In this document: positions 11,501 through 26,500 of the stretch, piece after piece
How the letters are laid out: each line of letters begins with the position of its first letter
Numbering within the stretch: position 1 is the stretch's first letter
NCBI GenBank assembly: GCA_040954595.2
Contig: CM082584.2
Location: 418,181-482,180 of the forward strand
Source: Balanoglossus misakiensis
Lineage: Eukaryota; Animalia; Hemichordata
DNA: 64,000 nt
Reading direction: 5' to 3'
Translations under genes and position numbers: made by a program
Notes under the pieces: generated by a model
Databases searched by the model: none
What the model was told of the DNA's origin: nothing
The model's input: only the letters and a program-made list of their open reading frames with translations

Positions 11501-14500
11501 CTTGATCACCGTTGCTAACGTACGCTAGTGTCTGTCATATTGTGACGGAGATTTAGCCGAGCCAGGCCGTAGAAAAATCGACTTGTTCAACGTTACCAGT
11601 GTGCAACTGTTTCTGCTCTAGAGTGTCAGGGTTTTAGCCGACTTATGCTGTAGGAAATCTGAGTTGATGAACGGGAATTCAATGTTAGAAAACCCGTGTG
11701 GAAAGTATCTCTACCCGTTTGAAACTAAGAAAAGAATTTATTCTTATTTATTTTGTAAAAAAGACAATTTTTCGAAAAAAAGTCGAAAAATTGCAATTTT
11801 GTCTTGGGTGATTCAAATTATACCGCCTTTTCTGGAATTTGCAGCACTTTTTACAAGAGAACGACACTTCATGCTCCATAATATTTCCGAAAATGAAGAA
11901 AAGAGTTAATTTTTTATGATTTTTCAAAAATTTACCATTTTTGTCAAAATATGGCCAAAATGGCTATTTTTCTTGAATTCAGTCAATATCTCTGCATTTT
12001 TGGAGTGGTCGAGAGTTTTAACATACAATCAACATGTCATATATGATCAGGGCACCAAATTCGAAGAACAAAGGTTTTTTTATTTTTTTTTTTAAAATGA
12101 CATTTTCAAGGAAAATTTGGTAAAACGCAATTTTGTCTGCAGTGAGCCAAATTAGACGGTCTTTTGTGGAATTTGTATCGATATATACATACGAAGAGCA
12201 TTCTATACTCCATCAGATTTCCGAAAATGTAGAAAACAGGTATTTTTTGTAATTTTCAAAAATTTACCATTTTGACCAAATTGTGGCTAAAATTGTTATT
12301 TTCGTGATGAATGCCGCCAGTGTCACTGCTTTTAAAAGTCATAAAAACTTTTAACATACAAGCAATTGTTTATATATGATCAGGTCACCGAATTAAAAAT
12401 ATAAAGAATGTTTTGCCTAAAAATGACCTTTTTGGTGCAAAAACGAATAAAACGCAATCTTGTATTAAATCAGTTCATTCAGAGTGCATGTTTTATAATA
12501 AGCACCAATTTTACATATAATGGAAATTTCATACATCATCAGATATCCAAATATGAAAAAATGATTTAGATTTTAGATGATTGTCCAAAATTAGCTGATA
12601 TCTAATAAATGTAGTATTGAACCGTTCTGCCCCCCCCCCCCCCTTTACATTATATGCGGTACGCCGATGTCAGCTTACCCGGCAGTACTGTAGGCCGTGC
12701 CCCCAACAAACGTCGGTGTTTGAAACGCCCTGGTTAAATTCGGGCTCTCTCTATAAATCGACAGGCAATAATGCAGTCCTACCGGAACAAATGTCAAGTG
12801 TTGAACCGCTGTGACTTTCCCTGTTCGGTTTGCCCGACTTAGCCAACGTCTTTGTACTAGAGTGTCGGGTCTTTTGCAGAGCCAGGCCGAAGGAAATCCG
12901 ACTTGATCACCGTTGCTAACGAACGCTAGTGTCTGTCATTGTGTGCCGGGGTTTTAGTCGAGCCAGGCCGTAGGAGATCTGACTTGATCATCGTGGTCAA
13001 TGTACGCGTGTTTCCGCTCTAAAGTGCCGGGGCTTCAGCTAAACCAGGCCGTAGGAAATCCGACGTAATCACCGTTGATAACTTACGCCAGTCTGTGTCA
13101 TATAGAGCCGGTGCACCAGCCGAGTCACGCCGTAGGAAATCTGACTTGATCAACGTGGTCAATGTACGCCTGTTTCTGCTCTAGAGTGCCGGGGCTTCAG
13201 CTGAGCCAGGCCGTAAGAAAACCCGACGTGATTACCGTTGTTAACTTACGCCAGTCTGTGTCCTATATATAGTGCCGGGGCATCAGCCGTGCCAGGCCGA
13301 AGGAAATGTGAGAAGATCAACGTGGTCTCTGTACGCGTGTTTCTGCTCTAGAGTGCCAGGGCTTTAGTTAAGCCATGCCGTAGGAAATCTGACTTGATCA
13401 AAGTTGCTAACGAACGCTAGTGTCTGTCATAGTGTGCCGGGGTTTTAGTCGAGCCAGGCCGTAGGAGATCAGACTTGATCAACGTGGTCTCTGTACGCGT
13501 GTTTCTGCTCTAGAGTGCCGGGGCTTTATCCAAGCCATGCCGTAGAAAATCTGACTTGATCACCGTTGCTAACGTACGCTAGTGTCTGTCATATTGTGAC
13601 GGAGATTTAGCCGAGCCAGGTCGTAGAAAAATCGACTTGTTCAACGTTACCAGTGTGCAACTGTTTCTGCTCTAGAGTGTCAGGGTTTTAGCCGACTTAT
13701 GCTGTAGGAAATCTGAGTTGATGAACGGGAATTCAATGTTAGAAAACCCGTGTGGAAAGTATCTCTACCCGTTTGAAACTAAGAAAAGAATTTATTCTTA
13801 TTTATTTTGTAAAAAAAGACAATTTTTCGAAAAAAAGTTGAAAATGGTAATTTTGTCTTGGGTGATTCAAATTATACCGCCTTTTCTGGAATTTGCAGCA
13901 CTTTTTGCAAGAGAACGACACTTCATGCTCCATAATATTTCCGAAAATGAAGAAAAGAGTTAATTTTTTATGATTTTTCAAAAATTTACCATTTTTGTCA
14001 AAATATGGCCAAAATGGCTATTTTTCTTGAATTCCGTCAATATCTCTGCATTTTTGGAGTGGTCGAGAGTTTTAACATACAATCAACATGTCATATATGA
14101 TCAGGGCACCAAATTCGAAGAACAAAGGTTTTTTTATTTTTTTTTCTAAAAATGACATTTTCAAGGAAAATTTGGTAAAACGCAATTTTGTCTGCAGTGA
14201 GCCAAATTAGACGGTCTTTTGTGGAATTTGTATCGATATATACATACGAAGAGCATTCTATACTCCATCAGATTTCCGAAAATGTAGAAAACAGGTATTT
14301 TTTGTAATTTTCAAAAATTTACCATTTTGACCAAATTGTGGCTAAAATTGTTATTTTCGTGATGAATGCCGCCAGTGTCACTGCTTTTAAAAGTCATAAA
14401 AACTTTTAACATACAAGCAATTGTTTATATATGATCAGGTCACCGAATTAAAAATATAAAGAATGTTTTGCCTAAAAATGACCTTTTTGGTGCAAAAACG

Positions 14501-17500
14501 AATAAAACGCAATCTTGTATTAAATCAGTTCATTCAGAGTGCATGTTTTATAATAAGCACCATTTTTACATATAATGGAAATTTCATACATCATCAGATA
14601 TCCAAATATGAAAAAATGATTTAGATTTTAGATGATTGTCCAAAATTAGCTGATATCTAATAAATGTAGTATTGAACCGTTCTGTCCCCCCCCCTACATT
14701 ATATGCGGTACGCCGATGTCAGCTTACCCGGCAGTACTGCAGGCCGTGCCCCCAAATAACGTCGGTGTTTGAAACGCCCTGGTTAAATTCGGGCTTTCTC
14801 TATAAATTGACAGGCAATAATGCAGTCCTACCCGAACAAATGTCGAGTGTTGACCCGCTGTGACTTTCCCTCTTCGGTTTGCCCGACTTAGCCAACGTCT
14901 TTGTACTAATGTGTCGGGTCTTTTGCAGAGCCAGGCCGAAGGAAATCCGACTTGATCACCGTTGCTAACGAACGCTAGTGTCTGTCATGGTGTGCCGGGG
15001 TTTTAGTCGAGTCAGGCCGTAGGAGATCTGACTTGATCATCGTGGTCAATGTACGCGTGTTTCCGCTCTGAAGTGCCGGGGCTTCAGCTAAACCATGCCG
15101 TAGGAAATCCGACGTAATCACCGTTGATAACTTACGCCAGTCTGTGTCATATAGAGCCGGTGCACCAGCCGAGTCACGCCGTAGGAAATCTGACTTGATC
15201 AACGTGGTCACTGTACGCCTCTTTCTGCTCTAGAGTGCCGGGGCTTCATCTGAGCCAGGCCGTAGGAAACCCGACGTGATTACCGTTGTTAACTTACGCC
15301 AGTCTGTGTCCTATATATAGTGCCGGGGCATCAGCCGTGCCAGGCCGAAGGAAATGTGAGTAGATCAACGTGGTCTCTGTACGCGTGTTTCTGCTCTAGA
15401 GTGCCGGGGCTTTATCCAAGCCATGCCGTAGAAAATCTGACTTGATCAGCGTTGCTAACGTACGATAGTGTCTGTCATATTGTGACGGAGATTTAGCCGA
15501 GCCAGGCCGTAGAAAAATCGACTTGTTCAACGTTACCAGTGTGCAACTGTTTCTGCTCTAAAGTCTCAGGGTTTTAGCCGACTTATGCTGTAGGAAATCT
15601 GAGTTGATGAACGGGAATTCAATGTTAGAAAACCCGTGTAGAAAGTATCTCTACCCGTTTGAAACTAAGAAAAGAATTTATTCTTATTTTTTTTCTAAAA
15701 ATGACATTTTCAAGGAAAATTTGGTAAAACGCAATTTTGTCTGCAGTGAGCCAAATTAGATTGTCTTTTGTGGAATTTGTATCGATATATACATACGAAG
15801 AGCATTCTATACTCCATCAGATTTCCGAAAATGTAGAAAACAGGTATTTTTTGTAATTTTCAAAAATTTACCATTTTGACCAAATTATGGCTAAAATTGT
15901 TATTTTCGTGTTGAATGCCGCCAGTGTCACTGCTTTTAAAAGTCATAAAAGCTTTTAACATACAAGCAATTGTTTATATATGATCAGGTCACCGAATTAA
16001 AAAAAATAAAGAATGTTTGGCCTAAAAATGACCTTTTTGGTGCAAAAACGAATAAAACGCAATTTTGTATTAAATAACCTCATTCAGAGTGCATTTTTTT
16101 ATAATCAGCACCATTTTTACATATAATGGAAATTTCATACATCACCAGATATCCAAATATGAAAAAATGATTTAGATTTTAGATGATTGTCCAAAATTAG
16201 CTGATATCTAATAAATGTAGTATTGAACCGTTCTGTTCCCCCCCCCTCCCCTACATTATATGCGGTACGCCGATGTCAGCTTACCCGGCAGTACTGCAGG
16301 CCGTGCCCCCACCTAACGTTGGTGTTTGAAACGCCCTGGTTAAATTCGGGCTTTCTCTATAAGTTGACAGGCAATAATGCAGTCCTACCCGAACAAATGT
16401 CGAGTGTTGACACGCTGTGACTTTCCCTCTTCGGTTTGCCCGACTTAGCCGATGTCTTTGTACTAGAGTGTCGGGTCTTTTGCAGAGCCAGGCCGAAGGA
16501 AATCCGACTTGATCACCGTTGCTAACGAACGCTAGTGTCTGTCATGGTGTGCCGGGGTTTTAGTCGAGCCAGGCCGTAGGAGATCTGACTTGATCATCGT
16601 GGTCAATGTACGCGTGTTTCCGCTCTAAAGTGCCGGGGCTTCAGCTAAACCAGGCCGTAGGAAATCCGACGTAATCACCGTTGATAACTTACGCCAGTCT
16701 GTGTCATATAGAGCCGGTGCACCAGCCGAGTCACGCCGTAGGAAATCTGACTTGATCAACGTGGTCAATGTACGCCTGTTTCTGCTCTAGAGTGCCGGGG
16801 CTTCAGCTGAGCCAGGCCGTAGGAAACCCGACGTGATTACAGTTGTTAACTTACGCCAGTCTGTGTCCTATATATAGTGCCGGGGCATCAGCCGTGCCAG
16901 GCCGAAGGAAATGTGAGTAGATCAACGTGGTCTCTGTACGCGTGTTTCTGCTCTAGAGTGTCAGGGCTTTAGCAAAGCCATGCCGTAGGAAATCTGACTT
17001 GATCAACGTTGCTAGCGAACGCTAGTGTCTGTCATAGTGTGCCGGGGTTTTAATCGAGCCAAGCCGTAGGAGATCAGACTTGATCAACGTGGTCTCTGTA
17101 CGCGTGTTTCTGCTCTTGAGTGCCGGGGCTTTATCCAAGCCATGCCGTAGAAAATCTGACTTGATCACCGTTGCTAACGTACGCTAGTGTCTGTCATATT
17201 GTGACGGAGATTTAGCCGAGCCAGGCCGTAAAAAATCGACTTGTTCAACGTTACCAGTGTGCAACTGTTTCTGCTCTAGAGTGTCAGGGTTTTAGCCGAT
17301 TTATGCTGTAGGAAATCAGAGTTGATGAACGGGAATTCAATGTTAGAAAACCCGTGTGGAAAGTATCTCTACCCGTTTGAAACTAAGAAAAGAATTTATT
17401 CTTATTTATTTTGTAAAAAAGACAATTTTTTCGAAACAAAGGCGAAAATGGTAATTTTGTCTTGGGTGATTCAAATTATACCACCTTTTCTGGAATTTGC

Positions 17501-20500
17501 AGCACTTTTTACAAGAGAACGACACTTCATGCTCCATAATATTTCCGAAAATGAAGAAAAGAGTTAATTTTTTATGATTTTTTAAAATTTTACCATTTTT
17601 GTCAAAATATGGCCAAAATGGCTATTTTTTCTTGAATTCCGTCAATATCTCTGCATTTTTGGAGTGGTCGAAACTTTTAACATACAATCAACATGTCATA
17701 TATGATCGGGGCACCAAATTCGAAGAACAAAGGTTTTTTTTATTTTTTTTTCTAAAAATAACATTTTCAAGGAAAATTTGGTAAAACGCAATTTTGTCTG
17801 CAGTGAGCCAAATTAGACGGTCTTTTGTGGAATTTGTATCGATATATATATACGAAGAGCATTCTATACTCCATCAGATTTCCGAAAATGTAGAAAACAG
17901 GTATTTTTTGTAATTTTCAAAAATTTACCATTTTGACCAAATTGTGGTTAAATTGTTATTTTCGTGTTGAATGCCGCCAGTGTCACTGCTTTTAAATGTC
18001 ATAAAAACTTTTAACATGCAAGCAATTGCTTATATATGATCAGGCCACCGAATTAAAAAAATAAAGAATGTTTTGCCTAAAAATGACCTTTTTGGTGCAA
18101 AAACGAATAAAACGCAATTTTGTATTAAATCAGCTCATTCAGAGTGCATTTTTTATAATCAGCACCATTTTTACATATATTGGAAATTTCATACATCATC
18201 AGATATCCAAATATGAAAAAATGATTTAGATTTTAGATGATTGTCCAAAATTAGCTGATATCTAATAAATGTAGTATTGAACCGTTCTGTCCCCCCCCCC
18301 TACATTATATGCGGTACGCCGATGTCAGCTTACCCGGCAGTACTGCAGGCCGTGCCCCCAAATAACGTCGGTGTTTGAAACGCCCTGGTTAAATTCGGGC
18401 TTTCTCTATAAATTGACAGGCAATAATGCAGTCCTACCCGAACAAATGTCGAGTGTTGACCCGCTGTGACTTTCCCTCTTCGGTTTGCCCGACTTAGCCA
18501 ACGTCATTGTACTAATGTGTCGGGTCTTTTGCAGAGCCAGGCCGAAGGAAATCCGACTTGATCACCGTTGCTAACGAACGCTAGTGTCTGTCATGGTGTG
18601 CCGGGGTTTTAGTCGAGCCAGGCCGTAGGAGATCTGACTTGATCATCGTGGTCAATGTACGCGTGTTTCCGCTCTAAAGTGCCGGGGCTTCAGCTAAACC
18701 ATGCCGTAGGAAATCCGACGTAATCACCGTTGATAACTTACGCCAGTCTGTGTCATATAGAGCCGGTGCACCAGCCGAGTCACGCCGTAGGAAATCTTAC
18801 TTGATCAACGTGGTCAATGTACGCCTGTTTCTGCTCTAGAGTGCCGGGGCTTCAGCTGAGCCAGGCCGTGGGAAACCCGACGTGATTACCGTTGTTAACT
18901 TACGCCAGTTTGTGTCCTATATATAGTGCCGGGGCATCAGCCGTGCCAGGCCGAAGGAAATGTGAGTAGATCAACGTGGTCTCTGTACGCGTGTTTCTGC
19001 TCTAGAGTGCCAGGGCTTTAGCCAAGCCATGCCGTAGGAAATCTGACTTGATCAACGTTGCTAACGAACGCTAATGTCTGTCATAGTGTGCCGGGGTTTT
19101 AGTCGAGCCAAGCCGTAGGAGATCAGACTTGATCAACGTGGTCTCTGTACGCGTGTTTCTGCTCTAGAGTGCCGGGGCTTTATCCAACCCATGCCGTAGA
19201 AAATCTGACTTGATCACCGTTGCTAACGTACGCTAGTGTCTGTCATATTGTGACGGAGATTTAGCCGAGCCAGGCCGTAGAAAAATCGACTTGTTCAACG
19301 TTACCAGTGTGCAACTGTTTCTGCTCTAGAGTGTCAGGGTTTTAGCCGACTTATGCTGTAGGAAATCTGAGTTGATGACGGGAATTCAATGTTAGAAAAC
19401 CCGTGTGGAAAGTATCTCTACCCGTTTGAAACTAAGAAAAGAATGTATTCTTATTTATTTTGTAAAAAAGACAATTTTTCGAAAAAAAGTCGAAAAATTG
19501 CAATTTTGTCTTGGGTGATTCAAATTATACCACATTTTCTGGAATTTTCAGTACTTTTTACAAGAGAACGACACTTCATGCTCCATAATATTTCCGAAAA
19601 TGAAGAAAAGAGTTTATTTTTTATGATTTTTTAAAAATGTACCATTTTGTCAAAATATGGCCAAAATGGCTATTTTTTCTTGAATTCCGTCAATATCTCT
19701 GCATTTTTGGAGTGGTCGAAAGTTTTAACATACAATCAACATGTCATATATGATCAGGGCACCAAATTCGAAGAACGAAGGTTTTTTTATTTTATTTTTC
19801 TAAAAATGACATTTTCAAGAAAAATTTGGTAAAACGCAATTTTGTCTGCAGTGAGCCAAATTAGACGGTCTTTTGTGGAATTTGTATCGATATATATATA
19901 CGAAGAGCATTCTATACTCCATCAGATTTCCGAAAATGTAGAAAACAGGTATTTTTTGTAATTTTCAAAAATTTACCATTTTGACCAAATTGTGGTTAAA
20001 ATTGTTATTTTCGTGTTGAATGCCGCCAGTGTCACTGCTTTTAAAAGTCATAAAAACTTTTAACATGCAAGCAATTGCTTATATATGATCAGGCCACCGA
20101 ATTAAAAAAATAAAGAATGTTTTGCCTAAAAATGACCTTTTTGGTGCAAAAACGAATAAAACGCAATTTTGTATTAAATCAGCTCATTCAGAGTGCATTT
20201 TTTATAATCAGCACCATTTTTACATATATTGGAAATTTCATACATCATCAGATATCCAAATATGAAAAAATTATTTAGATTTTAGATGATTGTCCAAAAT
20301 TAGCTGATATCTAATAAATGTAGTATTGAACCGTTCTGTCCCCCCCCCCTACATTATATGCGGTACGCCGATGTCAGCTTACCCGGCAGTACTGCAGGCC
20401 GTGCCCCCAAATAACGTCGGTGTTTGAAACGCCCTGGTTAAATTCGGGCTTTCTCTATAAATTGACAGGCAATAATGCAGTCCTACCCGAACAAATGTCG

Positions 20501-23500
20501 AGTGTTGACCCGCTGTGACTTTCCCTCTTCGGTTTGCCCGACTTAGCCAACGTCTTTGTACTAATGTGTCGGGTCTTTTGCAGAGCCAGGCCGAAGGAAA
20601 TCCGACTTGATCACCGTTGCTAACGAACGCTAGTGTCTGTCATGGTGTGCCGGGGTTTTAGTCGAGCCAGGCCGTAGGAGATCTGACTTGATCATCGTGG
20701 TCAATGTACGCGTGTTTCCGCTCTAAAGTGCCGGGGCTTCAGCTAAACCATGCCGTAGGAAATCCGACGTAATCACCGTTGATAACTTACGCCAGTCTGT
20801 GTCATATAGAGCCGGTGCACCAGCCGAATCACGCCGTAGGAAATCTTACTTGATCAACGTGGTCAATGTACGCCTGTTTCTGCTCTAGAGTGCCGGGGCT
20901 TCAGCTGAGCCAGGCCGTGGGAAACCCGACGTGATTACCGTTGTTAACTTACGCCAGTTTGTGTCCTATATATAGTGCCGGGGCATCAGCCGTGCCAGGC
21001 CGAAGGAAATGTGAGTAGATCAACGTGGTCTCTGTACGCGTGTTTCTGCTCTAGAGTGCCAGGGCTTTAGCCAAGCCATGCCGTAGGAAATCTGACTTGA
21101 TCAACGTTGCTAACGAACGCTAATGTCTGTCATAGTGTGCCGGGGTTTTAGTCGAGCCAAGCCGTAGGAGATCAGACTTGATCAACGTGGTCTCTGTACG
21201 CGTGTTTCTGCTCTAGAGTGCCGGGGCTTTATCCAACCCATGCCGTAGAAAATCTGACTTGATCACCGTTGCTAACGTACGCTAGTGTCTGTCATATTGT
21301 GACGGAGATTTAGCCGAGCCAGGCCGTAGAAAAATCGACTTGTTCAACGTTACCAGTGTGCAACTGTTTCTGCTCTAGAGTGTCAGGGTTTTAGCCGACT
21401 TATGCTGTAGGAAATCTGAGTTGATGACGGGAATTCAATGTTAGAAAACCCGTGTGGAAAGTATCTCTACCCGTTTGAAACTAAGAAAAGAATGTATTCT
21501 TATTTATTTTGTAAAAAAGACAATTTTTCGAAAAAAGTCGAAAAATTGCAATTTTGTCTTGGGTGATTCAAATTATACCACATTTTCTGGAATTTGCAGC
21601 ACTTTTTACAAGAGAACGACACTTCATGCTCCATAATATTTCCGAAAATGAAGAATAGAGTTTATTTTTTATGATTTTTTAAAAATGTACCATTTTGTCA
21701 AAATATGGCCAAAATGGCTATTTTTTCTTGAATTCCGTCAATATCTCTGCATTTTTGGAGTGGTCAAAAGTTTTAACATACAATCAACATGTCATATATG
21801 ATCAGGGCACCAAATTCGAAGAACGAAGGTTTTTTTATTTTATTTTTCTAAAAATGACATTTTCAAGAAAAATTTGGTAAAACGCAATTTTGTCTGCAGT
21901 GAGCCAAATTAGACGGTCTTTTGTGGAATTTGTATCGATATATATATACGAAGAGCATTCTATACTCCATCAGATTTCCGAAAATGTAGAAAACAGGTAT
22001 TTTTTGTAATTTTCAAAAATTTACCATTTTGACCAAATTGTGGTTAAAATTGTTATTTTCGTGTTGAATGCCGCCAGTGTCACTGCTTTTAAAAGTCATA
22101 AAAACTTTTAACATGCAAGCAATTGCTTATATATGATCAGGCCACCGAATTAAAAAAATAAAGAATGTTTTGCCTAAAAATGACCTTTTTGGTGCAAAAA
22201 CGAATAAAACGCAATTTTGTATTAAATCAGCTCATTCAGAGTGCATTTTTTATAATCAGCACCATTTTTACATATATTGGAAATTTCATACATCATCAGA
22301 TATCCAAATATGAAAAAATGATTTAGATTTTAGATGATTGTCCAAAATTAGCTGATATCTAATAAATGTAGTATTGAACCGTTCTGTCCCCCCCCCTACA
22401 TTATATGCGGTACGCCGATGTCAGCTTACCCGGCAGTACTGCAGGCCGTGCCCCCAAATAACGTCGGTGTTTGAAACGCCCTGGTTAAATTAGGGCTTTC
22501 TCTATAAATTGACAGGCAATAATGCAGTCCTACCCGAACAAATGTCGAGTGTTGACCCGCTGTGACTTTCCCTCTTCGGTTTGCCCGACTTAGCCAACGT
22601 CTTTGTACTAATGTGTCGGGTCTTTTGCAGAGCCAGGCCGAAGGAAATCAGACTTGATCACCGTTGCTAACGAACGCTAGTGTCTGTCATGGTGTGCCGG
22701 GGTTTTAGTCGAGCCAGGCCGTAGGAGATCTGACTTGATCATCGTGGTCAATGTACGCGTGTTTCCGCTCTAAAGTGCCGGGGCTTCAGCTAAACCATGC
22801 CGTAGGAAATCCGACGTAATCACCGTTGATAACTTACGCCAGTCTGTGTCATATAGAGCCGGTGCACCAGCCGAATCACGCCGTAGGAAATCTTACTTGA
22901 TCAACGTGGTCAATGTACGCCTGTTTCTGCTCTAAAGTGCCGGGGCTTCAGCTGAGCCAGGCCGTAGGAAACCCGACGTGATTACCGTTGTTAACTTACG
23001 CCAGTTTGTGTCCTATATATAGTGCCGGGGCATCAGCCGTGCCAGGCCGAAGGAAATGTGAGTAGATCAACGTGGTCTCTGTACGCGTGTTTCTGCTCTA
23101 GAGTGCCAGGGCTTTAGCCAAGCCATGCCGTAGGAAATCTGACTTGATCAACGTTGCTAACGAACGCTAGTGTCTGTCATAGTGTGCCGGGGTTTTAGTC
23201 GAGCCAAGCCGTAGGAGATCAGACTTGATCAACGTGGTCTCTGTACGCGTGTTTCTGCTCTAGAGTGCCGGGGCTTTATCCAACCCATGCCGTAGAAAAT
23301 CTGACTTGATCACCGTTGCTAACGTACGCTAGTGTCTGTCATATTGTGACGGAGATTTAGCCGAGCCAGGCCGTAGAAAAATCGACTTGTTCAACGTTAC
23401 CAGTGTGCAACTGTTTCTGCTCTAGAGTGTCAGGGTTTTAGCCGACTTATGCTGTAGGAAATCTGAGTTGATGAACGGGAATTCAATGTTAGAAAACCCG

Positions 23501-26500
23501 TGTGGAAAGTATCTCTACCCGTTTGAAACTAAGAAAAGAATTTATTCTTATTTATTTTGTAAAAAAGACAATTTTTCGAAAAAAAGTCGAAAAATTGCAA
23601 TTTTGTCTTGGGTGATTCAAATTATACCGCCTTTTCTGGAATTTGCAGCACTTTTTACAAGAGAACGACACTTCATGCTCCATAATATTTCCGAAAATGA
23701 AGAAAAGAGTTAATTTTTTATGATTTTTCAAAAATGTACCATTTTGTCAAAATATGGCCAAAATGGCTATTTTTTCTTAAATTCCGTCAATATCTCTGCA
23801 TTTTTGGAGTGGTCGAAAGTTTTAACATACAATCAACATGTCATATATGATCAGGGCACCAAATTCGAAGAACGAAGGTTTTTTTATTTTATTTTTCTAA
23901 AAATGACATTTTCAAGGAAAATTTGGTAAAACGCAATTTTGTCTGCAGTGAGCCAAATTAGACGGTCTTTTGTGGAATTTGTATCGATATATATATACGA
24001 AGAGCATTCTATACTCCATCAGATTTCCGAAAATGTAGAAAACAGGTATTTTTTGTAATTTTCAAAAATTTACCATTTTGACCAAATTGTGGTTAAAATT
24101 GTTATTTTCGTGTTGAATGCCGCCAGTGTCACTGCTTTTTAAAGTCATAAAAACTTTTAACATGCAAGCAATTGCTTATATATGATCAGGCCACCGAATT
24201 AAAAAAATAAAGAATGTTTTGCCTAAAAATGACCTTTTTGGTGCAAAAACGAATAAAACGCAATTTTGTATTAAATCAGCTCATTCAGAGTGCATTTTTT
24301 ATAATCAGCACCATTTTTACATATATTGGAAATTTCATACATCATCAGATATCCAAATATGAAAAAATGATTTAGATTTTAGATGATTGTCCAAAATTAG
24401 CTGATATCTAATAAATGTAGTATTGAACCGTTCTGTCCCCCCCTACATTATATGCGGTACGCCGATGTCAGCTTACCCGGCAGTACTGCAGGCCGTGCCC
24501 CCAAATAACGTCGGTGTTTGAAACGCCCTGGTTAAATTCGGGCTTTCTCTATAAATTGACAGGCAATAATGCAGTCCTACCCGAACAAATGTCGAGTGTT
24601 GACCCGCTGTGACTTTCCCTCTTCGGTTTGCCCGACTTAGCCAACGTCTTTGTACTAATGTGTCGGGTCTTTTGCAGAGCCAGGCCGAAGGAAATCCGAC
24701 TTGATCACCGTTGCTAACGAACGCTAGTGTCTGTCATGGTGTGCCGGGGTTTTAGAAGAGCCAGGCCGTAGGAGATCTGACTTGATCATCGTGGTCAATG
24801 TACGCGTGTTTCCGCTCTAAAGTGCCGGGGCTTCAGCTAAACCATGCCGTAGGAAATCCGACGTAATCACCGTTGAGAACTTACGCCAGTCTGTGTCATA
24901 TAGAGCCGGTGCACCAGCCGAATCACGCCGTAGGAAATCTGACTTGATCAACGTGGTCAATGTACGCCTGTTTCTGCTCTAGAGTGCCGGGGCTTCAGCT
25001 GATCCAGGCCGTAGGAAACCCGACGTGATTACCGTTGTTAACTTAGGCCAGTCTGTGTCCTATATATAGTGCGGGGCATCAGCCGTGCCAGGCCTAAGGA
25101 AATGTGAGTAGATCAATGTGGTCTCTGTACGCGTGTTTCTGCTCTAGAATGCCAGGGCTTTAGCCAAGCCATGCCGTAGAAAATCTGACTTGATCACCGT
25201 TGCTAACGTACGCTAGTGTCTGTCATATTGTGACGGAGATTTAGCCGAGCCAGGCCGTAGAAAAATCGACTTGTTCAACGTTACCAGTGTGCAACTGTTT
25301 CTGCTCTAGAGTGTCAGGGTTTTAGCCGACTTATGCTGTAGGAAATCTGAGTTGATGAACGGGAATTCAATGTTAGAAAACCCGTGTGGAAAGTATCTCT
25401 ACCCGTTTGAAACTAAGAAAAGAATTTATTCTTATTTATTTTGTAAAAAAGACAATTTTTCGAAAAAAAGTCGAAAAATTGCAATTTTGTCTTGGGTGAT
25501 TCAAATTATACCGCCTTTTCTGGAATTTGCAGCACTTTTTACAAGAGAACGACACTTCATGCTCCATAATATTTCCGAAAATGAAGAAAAGAGTTAATTT
25601 TTTATGATTTTTCAAAAATGTACCATTTTGTCAAAATATGGCCAAAATGGCTATTTTTTCTTAAATTCCGTCAATATCTCTGCATTTTTGGAGTGGTCGA
25701 AAGTTTTAACATACAATCAACATGTCATATATGATCAGGGCACCAAATTCGAAGAACGAAGGTTTTTTTATTTTATTTTTCTAAAAATGACATTTTCAAG
25801 GAAAATTTGGTAAAACGCAATTTTGTCTGCAGTGAGCCAAATTAGACGGTCTTTTGTGGAATTTGTATCGATATATATATACGAAGAGCATTCTATACTC
25901 CATCAGATTTCCGAAAATGTAGAAAACAGGTATTTTTTGTAATTTTCAAAAATTTACCATTTTGACCAAATTGTGGTTAAAATTGTTATTTTCGTGTTGA
26001 ATGCCGCCAGTGTCACTGCTTTTTAAAGTCATAAAAACTTTTAACATGCAAGCAATTGCTTATATATGATCAGGCCACCGAATTAAAAAAATAAAGAATG
26101 TTTTGCCTAAAAATGACCTTTTTGGTGCAAAAACGAATAAAACGCAATTTTGTATTAAATCAGCTCATTCAGAGTGCATTTTTTATAATCAGCACCATTT
26201 TTACATATATTGGAAATTTCATACATCATCAGATATCCAAATATGAAAAAATGATTTAGATTTTAGATGATTGTCCAAAATTAGCTGATATCTAATAAAT
26301 GTAGTATTGAACCGTTCTGTCCCCCCCTACATTATATGCGGTACGCCGATGTCAGCTTACCCGGCAGTACTGCAGGCCGTGCCCCCAAATAACGTCGGTG
26401 TTTGAAACGCCCTGGTTAAATTCGGGCTTTCTCTATAAATTGACAGGCAATAATGCAGTCCTACCCGAACAAATGTCGAGTGTTGACCCGCTGTGACTTT

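Noticed and set aside
14975-15211. 81 bp = 27 codons; minus-strand ORF with 27-aa repeats, suggesting a repeat-protein gene
   Set aside because: It is open only because of private stop-removing variants in this copy. The frames I translated in typical subunits contain stops, one subunit is 85 bp, and there is no C2H2 (28-aa) or LRR pattern.
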